Below are positions 1 to 4,790 of a DNA stretch of 12,636 nucleotides, one piece after another. The notes below the pieces were generated by a model. That model ran no database searches and had not been told where the DNA came from. It saw nothing but the letters and a program-made list of their open reading frames with translations. The position numbers and the translations under genes were made by a program. The DNA is taken from the IMG/VR virus record IMGVR_UViG_3300024520_000039; one strand, given 5' to 3'. The DNA is from a virus. The number at the start of each line of letters is the position of its first letter. Positions within the stretch are counted from its first letter, which is position 1.

Positions 1-127
1 AATTAGGATCACCAACTAATGCACCTACAGATTTAACTCTTGGATCAAACCAGCCAATAGCAGTAGCCACACAAGTTGGAGAAGATATACAAATTTCTGA
101 TAAGATACAATTAGTAGAATTTACTTG
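1..127. repeat. Terminal overlap, copy 1. Identical to 12510-12636 and marks circular closure (or a terminal redundancy) of a 12,509-bp replicon.
   Basis: Base-by-base comparison: nt 1-127 (aattaggatcaccaactaatgc...gtagaatttacttg) equal nt 12510-12636. Confidence 0.95.
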
Positions 128-1889
128 GACATATACAGATGGGACTCTACCAGCTGAGGGGTTTGAATTAAAATATACTGATGATAGTGGGTTTGAGAAT
201 TTAGTTTATCTGTCTAGCGATACAAGAAAGGCGTTTGTTGTATTTGATGCTACTACCTTTACAGCATTTATTAGAGCATTTAGAATTGATGCTGATGGAA
301 CACAATTCACCAGTGCAGCTGATCTTGAGGGAGGGATAACTCCAGATACTATTAGCACTCCAATTAGTCCATTCCAAAGAGTAGGTACAGATATAACCAC
401 TGTAAATAGTGGGGATGATGTTACTTTATCTGGAGCATTAACTGTTAGTGGGGCAGTAACAGGAGATTCAACATTAACTATACTAGACGCAAATACAACT
501 TATAGTCAAAGTTTAAGTGCTATTACATTTAATCCAACTATAACAAATGATCTGAATAACGCTTCAACTATTGGAGTAAACTTAGCACCTACATTAAGCG
601 TAGATCAAGCAGCTCAAGTTATACCTTTTGCAGGTGTAGCAGTACAGCCAACAGTTAAAAACCCTTCAAGTGCATCAACATTTCTTGGGAGTAATATTAG
701 TTTATTATCTGCACAAACTCATACAGGAGATACAAATTCTATTCAGACAAATAATACAGGTGTCTTACACCAGCCAGTATTTAATATAGCAAATGGTGGA
801 GATCTACAAGTTAATGCAGATACGGCTTTTCTTAGTGGTAATTGTACTACTGTAGACGGATCCAATATAGTAAATAAGTATGGATTTTTTATGACTAACC
901 CGACTTTACTATTTGCAGACTCAAACCTTACTAATTTGTACGGGGCATATATTGAGGACATGACTTCATGTACTAATGGTTATGGAGTGGTTATTGAAGG
1001 GGCTAAGACCAATGCTTTATGGTTAGCTAGTGGAGGAGATACAACTACTGAATCTGGAGGGGTAGTCTTTGGTGCTAGTAAAGATACTAATTTATATCGT
1101 AGTGCTGCAGATACTCTAAAAACTGATGATGGATTTGTAGCAAACTCTTTAACATTAACAACTGATTTGGCAGTAGCACATGGGGGAACAGCTGCAAGTA
1201 ATGCAGGAGATGCAAGAACAAATTTAGGAGTAGTAATAGGGACAGATGTACAAGCCTTTGATGCTAATAATGCAACAGCTAGTAGTACAACAACATTTAC
1301 AAATAAAACAATAGACGCAAATGGTACTGGAAATAGTATATCTAATATAGATGTGGCAGATTTATCAAATGGAACGGATGGAGAATTAATTACTTGGGAT
1401 AGTTCGGGAGTTCCTGCAACTGTTGGAGTTGGAACAGCTACTCATGTTTTAACCAGTAATGGGGCAGGGGCAGCTCCTACTTTTCAAGCAGCAGGTGGCG
1501 ATAACACAAGTGTAGTCTTCGGTACTTCTGAAACTAATAGAGCTTCAACACATTATCATGGTTTAGGTGGAGCTAATAGCTCTTCTCTAATAAATGTAGA
1601 GAATGTGCGTATTCCAGTAGCTGGGGTATTAAGTGATTTATATGTTCGTTGTGATACTCAACCTGGAACAGGGAGTGATGCTTGGGCTTGTCAATATTTT
1701 GTTAATGGTAGTTTGAAAAGTGGAGGGTCTGATCCTATTGCTACAATTACCTCGGCAAATAAAAACGCGGCAGACACATCAAATACTTTAACTGTTTCAG
1801 CAGGAGACCATGTAGCAGTTAGGTTTTTAGAGTTTGGAACTTGTGCAAGTGCAGCGACTGGATGGAGTGCAGTCTTTACACCCTCATAA
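1..1889 (+). CDS. Tail fibre / receptor-binding protein, distal 629 codons of a wrap-around ORF. The ORF starts at 12359 and in-frame codons begin at nt 3. The track ORF 891-1889 is only its internal-Met tail. Full product is 679 aa.
   Basis: The frame starting at nt 3 has no stop until TAA 1887-1889. It is the same frame as the ATG at 12359 once the 127-nt overlap is collapsed. Content: an FN3-like segment (LVEFTWTYTDGTLPAEGFELKY), T/S/N/G-rich beta-helix-like repeats, the fibre-type motif LAVAHGGTAASNAGDARTNLGV, and a C-terminal jelly-roll-like module (VSAGDHVAVRF). Confidence 0.75.
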   Translation, partial: LGSPTNAPTDLTLGSNQPIAVATQVGEDIQISDKIQLVEFTWTYTDGTLPAEGFELKYTDDSGFENLVYLSSDTRKAFVVFDATTFTAFIRAFRIDADGTQFTSAADLEGGITPDTISTPISPFQRVGTDITTVNSGDDVTLSGALTVSGAVTGDSTLTILDANTTYSQSLSAITFNPTITNDLNNASTIGVNLAPTLSVDQAAQVIPFAGVAVQPTVKNPSSASTFLGSNISLLSAQTHTGDTNSIQTNNTGVLHQPVFNIANGGDLQVNADTAFLSGNCTTVDGSNIVNKYGFFMTNPTLLFADSNLTNLYGAYIEDMTSCTNGYGVVIEGAKTNALWLASGGDTTTESGGVVFGASKDTNLYRSAADTLKTDDGFVANSLTLTTDLAVAHGGTAASNAGDARTNLGVVIGTDVQAFDANNATASSTTTFTNKTIDANGTGNSISNIDVADLSNGTDGELITWDSSGVPATVGVGTATHVLTSNGAGAAPTFQAAGGDNTSVVFGTSETNRASTHYHGLGGANSSSLINVENVRIPVAGVLSDLYVRCDTQPGTGSDAWACQYFVNGSLKSGGSDPIATITSANKNAADTSNTLTVSAGDHVAVRFLEFGTCASAATGWSAVFTPS

Positions 1890-2110
1890 TGAAATATAAA
1901 ATACATGATGTAGTACCATCAAAAGATCCTAGAAAATTAATGATAACTGTCATTAAGTATAGTGACACTACAGAAGAAGAGTTCACATTCGACGTGGATG
2001 GGACAACAACCAAAGAACAAGTGTTACTAGAGATTGATAACATTATGAAAGCAACAATACTAGATTATATGGATTTTAAGGTAGAACGTAACAAACCGAA
2101 AGATATATAA
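1889..2110 (+). CDS. Hypothetical small protein (73 aa, MKYKIHDVV...). The track alternative start at 1841 would overlap the fibre gene by 49 nt.
   Basis: The ATG at 1889 overlaps the fibre stop (TAATG), the junction type used throughout this genome. The frame is open to TAA 2108-2110. Confidence 0.5.
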   Translation: MKYKIHDVVPSKDPRKLMITVIKYSDTTEEEFTFDVDGTTTKEQVLLEIDNIMKATILDYMDFKVERNKPKDI

Positions 2111-2111
2111 A
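2097..2111 (+). promoter_or_regulatory. Archaeal-type BRE/TATA promoter candidate (CGAAAGA-TATATAAA) for a leaderless RHH-gene mRNA.
   Basis: The 8-nt TATA box at 2104-2111 lies exactly 21 nt upstream of ATG 2133. There is no Shine-Dalgarno sequence in between. The geometry matches the sites at 10134-10148 and 4123-4137(-). Confidence 0.5.
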
Positions 2112-2132
2112 GAGTGATTGTGTGATATCACT

Positions 2133-2270
2133 ATGAAAGAACTAAGAATAATGTTTAGGGATAAGGATTTCAAAAGAATCAAGAGAATAAAACTAAGGAC
2201 AGGATCCACATGGAACAAAGCCGTAGTCATAGCTTTTGAATTACTAGACAGGGAGTTAAACAATGGTTGA
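2133..2270 (+). CDS. Ribbon-helix-helix (CopG/Arc-like) DNA-binding protein, 45 aa. It is below the ORF-track size cutoff.
   Basis: Manual translation gives MKELRIMFRDKDFKRIKRIKLRTGSTWNKAVVIAFELLDRELNNG. This has a short N-terminal beta-strand followed by two helices, as in RHH proteins. The gene is preceded by TATA-N21-ATG and overlaps the next gene (ATGGTTGA). Confidence 0.5.
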   Translation: MKELRIMFRDKDFKRIKRIKLRTGSTWNKAVVIAFELLDRELNNG

Positions 2271-2451
2271 AAAGGAAACAATAGCAAGATATGAAACTGG
2301 TTATATTAAACTAATGAAGATGTCTAAAGGGTATAATTGGGAGATCAAATACTTTGAAGATATGAATATGCCTACATTTCAAGTAATAATGAAGAACTTA
2401 GAAGAGATAGATTCAAAGATGCAGGAAAAATGGGGGGATATTATCGTATAA
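2263..2451 (+). CDS. Hypothetical protein, 62 aa.
   Basis: Track ORF. Its start overlaps the stop of the RHH ORF by 8 nt, suggesting translational coupling. No motif recognised. Confidence 0.45.
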   Translation: MVEKETIARYETGYIKLMKMSKGYNWEIKYFEDMNMPTFQVIMKNLEEIDSKMQEKWGDIIV

Positions 2452-2540
2452 TATTCATAGGGGGGTTTTATCACCAAATACTTGCTTGATTTCCTCATAA
2501 AAATCTGGCATTCTCTTCCCCCCTTTGATTCATAATTAAA

Positions 2541-2666
2541 ATGGAAATAACTTGTACAAAATGCAATACCATTTTTATGGTAGAATGGGATTCCAACGGG
2601 ATAAGAAAAGATAAGGAGGAGATTCAATGTCCTATTTGTGATTTTGACATTATCATAATAAATTAA
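2541..2666 (+). CDS. Zinc-ribbon mini-protein, 41 aa (CxxC-N21-CxxC). It is below the ORF-track cutoff.
   Basis: Manual translation gives MEITCTKCNTIFMVEWDSNGIRKDKEEIQCPICDFDIIIIN. Stop TAA 2664-2666 lies 1 nt before the next ATG. Confidence 0.45.
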   Translation: MEITCTKCNTIFMVEWDSNGIRKDKEEIQCPICDFDIIIIN

Positions 2667-2667
2667 A

Positions 2668-2919
2668 ATGGAAACAAAAATAGGAATAATAACTTTAAGT
2701 GATAAGGAGCATTGTTTATCTTGTGGGAAAACTAACTGTCCCTCTTGTGGATTTGATGGATTCGAAATAAAAGATGTCAAAGAATTTATTAAATTGTTAA
2801 AGGAAGAGATGAACGTATTTGTGTGGGATGTAGCTAATGAAGAAGGTGGAAGTAATTTACACTATAATGAGTTAATTGATGAAATAATAGATAAACTAGC
2901 AGGAGATAAATTAATATAA
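2668..2919 (+). CDS. Zinc-knuckle protein, 83 aa (CLSCGKTNCPSCG).
   Basis: Track ORF with a CxxC-x4-CxxC motif. Its first 26 nt are 25/26 identical to the first 26 nt of the next gene. The junction with that gene is TAATG. Confidence 0.6.
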   Translation: METKIGIITLSDKEHCLSCGKTNCPSCGFDGFEIKDVKEFIKLLKEEMNVFVWDVANEEGGSNLHYNELIDEIIDKLAGDKLI

Positions 2920-3326
2920 TGGAAACAATAATAGGAATAATAACAGATAAGCAGCATAAGAGCGGTAATGCTAAGGCAACTGGTAAGCCTTATGAGATGT
3001 GGACATTCCAAGTTAATGGGGCTAAGTTTAGTACTTTTGATGCAGATGTAGGGCGTTTGTATGCTATGGGGGATAACGTTGAAGTTACTCTTGAACAAGA
3101 CGGCAAGTATAAGAAGTTACTAAATATGAAAGTATCTACATCTAAACCAGACAGTAATATGAGTAATAAACCAGAGTTTCATTTAACAGAAGAAGCAATT
3201 AGAAGTAATGCCTTAACTAGTGCTATAGCTATATGTAAGAAGGAAGAGTTATTATTTGATTATGTTATTAGATTTGAGCAATATATCAGGGAGGGCATTA
3301 AAGATGAAGCAGAAGAAGAAAGGTAG
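2919..3326 (+). CDS. OB-fold, SSB-like protein, 135 aa.
   Basis: The N-terminal ~70 aa have an alternating beta-strand pattern (IGIITDK...WTFQVNG.KFSTFD...GDNVEVTLEQDGKYKKLLNMKV). This is followed by a linker, a helical region and an acidic C-terminal tail (KDEAEEER), as in many single-stranded DNA-binding proteins. The call is by pattern only. Confidence 0.45.
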   Translation: METIIGIITDKQHKSGNAKATGKPYEMWTFQVNGAKFSTFDADVGRLYAMGDNVEVTLEQDGKYKKLLNMKVSTSKPDSNMSNKPEFHLTEEAIRSNALTSAIAICKKEELLFDYVIRFEQYIREGIKDEAEEER

Positions 3327-3405
3327 TGCCGCTGTTGTATTTATTTGGTTAGTTTTCTTTTGGCCTGCAGCGATATGGTATTATCTTGAGAGGAGGTGGG
3401 ATTAA
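3304..3405 (+). CDS. Possible 33-aa single-pass membrane micro-protein (MKQKKKGSAAVVFIWLVFFWPAAIWYYLERRWD).
   Basis: Manual ORF with a Lys-rich N-terminus followed by a hydrophobic helix. Its stop overlaps the next ATG (TAATG at 3403-3407). It overlaps the 3' end of 2919-3326 by 23 nt. Confidence 0.3.
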   Translation: MKQKKKGSAAVVFIWLVFFWPAAIWYYLERRWD

Positions 3406-3608
3406 TGGTAAAAGAAGATCTGGGGATAAAGATTGGTAGTAAAGAGGAATCCTTTTGGCAAGATGTAGTGGATTCAGAGTGTATAGAGATAGAGGGACTA
3501 GAAAAGATGATGAAGCTACATTGTGCTGTTAGGTTAATGGCACAGGATAAGGTAATTCATGAAGAAGCAAAACGAAGTAGCGATACAACTAGCGATAAGA
3601 GCTCTTGA
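3405..3608 (+). CDS. Hypothetical protein (67 aa from ATG 3405; the track uses a GTG at 3396).
   Basis: GAGAGGAGGTG (3388-3398) lies upstream of ATG 3405 and resembles a Shine-Dalgarno sequence. The frame is open to TGA 3606-3608. Confidence 0.45.
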   Translation: MVKEDLGIKIGSKEESFWQDVVDSECIEIEGLEKMMKLHCAVRLMAQDKVIHEEAKRSSDTTSDKSS

Positions 3609-3753
3609 GGATGAAGTATTAAGGTTAAATGAGTTAAAGCTAAAAGGTAAGTTTAACCTGCTCCAATCTGAACACGCTCTAAAAAGGCTTACGGGGGCTA
3701 TACTGAATATATTTATTAAGGATCCTGATACTTTGGAACAGCATCCCGAATAG
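3559..3753 (+). CDS. Hypothetical helical protein, 64 aa.
   Basis: Track ORF with a heptad-like helical sequence (AIQLAIRALEDEVLRLNELKLKG). It overlaps the previous ORF by 50 nt in the +1 frame and overlaps the convergent minus-strand ORF by 38 nt. Confidence 0.35.
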   Translation: MKKQNEVAIQLAIRALEDEVLRLNELKLKGKFNLLQSEHALKRLTGAILNIFIKDPDTLEQHPE

Positions 3754-3889
3754 CTGCTTTACCTGCTGGTGATTTCCAAAAGGATTTAGCCTCTTTCATA
3801 AGTTTGTCATAATTCTCTTTACCCATACTTTGCCTTAAATCCTCTTTACGTGATTCAAGAATTCTCTCTCTTATTGGTCCGTAGCCCAT
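3716..3889 (-). CDS. Hypothetical protein, 57 aa (MGYGPIRERILESRKEDLRQSMGKENYDKLMKEAKSFWKSPAGKAAIRDAVPKYQDP). It is below the ORF-track cutoff.
   Basis: Manual translation of the minus strand. A strong GGGAGGG sits 6 nt upstream of the ATG (plus-strand CAT 3887-3889). The start overlaps the end of the upstream minus-strand gene by 19 nt. Confidence 0.45.
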   Translation of the reverse strand: MGYGPIRERILESRKEDLRQSMGKENYDKLMKEAKSFWKSPAGKAAIRDAVPKYQDP

Positions 3890-4101
3890 AGCAATCCCTC
3901 CCTATACTCAATTAGCTCTGCAGTAACTAGATCCTTAATATACTCTCTAATCTTAATTGTTCTAACTCCCCACTCTATTGATTGTAACGCTGTTAGTTTA
4001 TTCTCATCAACACCAACACCTTTTGACGTCGCTAATCTTATTGAGTTAAGAATGATGTTTACCTTTTCTCTTCTGTTTGCTGCCTGAAACTCTCCCTTCA
4101 T
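3871..4101 (-). CDS. Small winged-helix (wHTH) DNA-binding regulator, 76 aa.
   Basis: Track ORF. The pattern LTALQSIEWGVRTIKIREYIKDLVTAELIEYREGLLWA resembles a helix-turn-helix followed by a beta-hairpin wing. It is divergent from the terminase operon and has TATA-N21-ATG with no SD. Confidence 0.55.
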   Translation of the reverse strand: MKGEFQAANRREKVNIILNSIRLATSKGVGVDENKLTALQSIEWGVRTIKIREYIKDLVTAELIEYREGLLWATDQ

Positions 4102-4122
4102 ACATATCTGTTTACTTACTCA

Positions 4123-4137
4123 TATATAAAGGTTTCT
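4123..4137 (-). promoter_or_regulatory. Archaeal-type BRE/TATA promoter candidate (minus strand AGAAACC-TTTATATA) for a leaderless wHTH mRNA.
   Basis: TTTATATA (minus strand, 4130 down to 4123) is separated by exactly 21 nt (4122-4102) from the ATG at 4101. No SD is present. Confidence 0.5.
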
Positions 4138-4167
4138 AAGCCAAACCACCAGCTACGAGATTCTATT

Positions 4168-4180
4168 AAAAAGGCTGTAT
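4168..4180 (+). repeat. 13-nt direct repeat AAAAAGGCTGTAT, copy 1. It runs into TATATAAT (4178-4185), a TATA-box or -10-like element.
   Basis: Exact 13-mer repeated at 4662-4674, 494 nt downstream. Confidence 0.85.
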
Positions 4181-4661
4181 ATAATGCTCTACTAACTAAG
4201 ATTTATCTTTCTCTTGATTATATACTTGGATACAATTTAGTATTCCCACCAGAGGTGGGGACCTAGCTTATATAAGTATAAACAACTTTGGCCGTTTGGA
4301 GACAGCGTCGACAATCTAGGCCACCTGAACCTAGTCCTCTGATGTAAACATCTTTTGAGTATAGTATGGCCTAATAATAACCGATTGGTTATTTAGTGGA
4401 TTTAGGGGTTAATATAGGTTGTATGTGCATTGTGGGGTAATAACATTGTTTCGATGATAAACCGGCACTATTATATAGATCGCTCACTATAGCAAAGCTA
4501 TACGTTCGCTGACTATTTAATGTGCGAACGGACCTATCTCGAAACGGGCGTACAGGGGCTCTAAAGGCCAAATTCGGGGTTTTTCCCGCCTAAAAACCCC
4601 TCCAAGTATGGGGATATACTAGTTATTCGGCTAACCGAACAACTCAAAAGACCGACGTTCA

Positions 4662-4674
4662 AAAAAGGCTGTAT
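4662..4674 (+). repeat. 13-nt direct repeat AAAAAGGCTGTAT, copy 2.
   Basis: Exact match to 4168-4180. It is followed 2 nt later by GTAGCTGG (4677-4684), the reverse complement of CCAGCTAC at 4149-4156. Confidence 0.85.
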
Positions 4675-4708
4675 TTGTAGCTGGGCAGAAGACTGGAGAA
4701 AATTATTA

Positions 4709-4720
4709 TTTTTATTTTTT
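4709..4720 (+). terminator. Oligo-T tract (TTTTTATTTTTT). It is a possible archaeal-style intrinsic termination signal after the structured region.
   Basis: T5 (4709-4713) and T6 (4715-4720) runs lie immediately downstream of the GC-enriched region. No canonical bacterial stem-plus-U-tract terminator is seen. Confidence 0.3.
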
Positions 4721-4753
4721 AAAAAAGATTAAAAAGTCTAATATCTTAATAAT

Positions 4754-4781
4754 ATGGGGGGGTTATCTCTTTCCCTCCCAT
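4754..4781 (+). promoter_or_regulatory. G7-run hairpin in the terminase 5' leader.
   Basis: ATGGGGGGG (4754-4762) pairs with CCCTCCCAT (4773-4781), giving 9 bp including one G-T (G-U) wobble that works only on the + strand. The loop is 10 nt. The stem ends 9 nt before ATG 4791, and there is no SD. Confidence 0.4.
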
Positions 4782-4790
4782 TAAGAGAAA

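Larger units (their letters stand above)
4207..4720 (+). ncRNA. Candidate ~0.5 kb structured non-coding RNA of unknown family. Alternatives are a giant structured leader of the terminase operon or an ori/pac region. Ends and strand are tentative.
   Basis: This is the largest non-coding stretch in a tightly packed genome, and its core (about 4240-4680) is visibly more GC-rich than the flanks. Perfect hairpins: 4245-4259 (CCCACC/GGTGGG), 4376-4393 (AATAACC/GGTTATT), 4488-4502 (TATAGC/GCTATA), 4503-4530 (CGTTCGC/GCGAACG), 4576-4600 (GGGGTTTTT/AAAAACCCC) and 4626-4639 (TTCGG/CCGAA). A TATA-like box lies at 4178-4185 upstream, and T5/T6 runs lie at 4709-4720 downstream. Confidence 0.35.

Noticed and set aside
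1-127. The 127-nt repeat as a genuine direct terminal repeat of a linear genome.
   Set aside because: This is not excluded. However, a long ORF runs seamlessly across the junction, and the length equals a common assembler k-mer. Circular or permuted closure is the simpler reading, and it needs read-terminus analysis to settle.
891-1889. Track annotation of a 332-aa ORF starting at Met 891.
   Set aside because: The same frame is open all the way back to nt 3 and, through the circular junction, to ATG 12359. Met 891 is an internal methionine of the 679-aa fibre protein.
2421-2437. GGAAAAATGGGGGG, which resembles the GGAAA...G-string part of archaeal origin recognition boxes.
   Set aside because: It lies inside coding sequence (ORF 2263-2451). 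The dyad half of an ORB is missing, and the other G-run copies lack the GGAAA element. This is insufficient to call an origin.
2379-2780. 133-aa minus-strand ORF antisense to the Zn-ribbon genes and the 2452-2540 spacer.
   Set aside because: It has the Ile/Phe/Tyr/Ser-rich low-complexity composition typical of antisense shadows in AT-rich coding DNA. It conflicts with three tightly coupled plus-strand genes that carry clear CxxC motifs, and it has no initiation signal.
4178-4185. TATATAAT read as a bacterial -10 box (TATAAT with upstream TG).
   Set aside because: The TG is one position off for an extended -10 box. The best -35 candidates at 16-18 nt spacing (GAGATT/AGATTC) match TTGACA poorly. 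The archaeal TATA reading agrees with the three N21 sites, but the bacterial alternative cannot be formally excluded from sequence alone.
4339-4545. Hammerhead-like fragments (CTGATGT at 4339-4345, CGAAAC at 4540-4545) and a C-box-like GATGATAA (4453-4460).
   Set aside because: The core motifs are imperfect: CUGAUGU instead of CUGAUGA, and no proper RUGAUGA/CUGA box pairing. The pieces are about 200 nt apart, and I could not build flanking helices. They are treated as chance matches.
4389-4571. Track ORF on the minus strand (60 aa, MAFRAPVRPFRDRS...) inside the non-coding region.
   Set aside because: It is exactly at the size threshold and Arg/Ser/Pro-rich, as expected from reading through GC-enriched structured sequence. 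It has no SD or TATA-N21 context, and it spans several perfect hairpins. It is more likely a chance ORF in an RNA or ori region.
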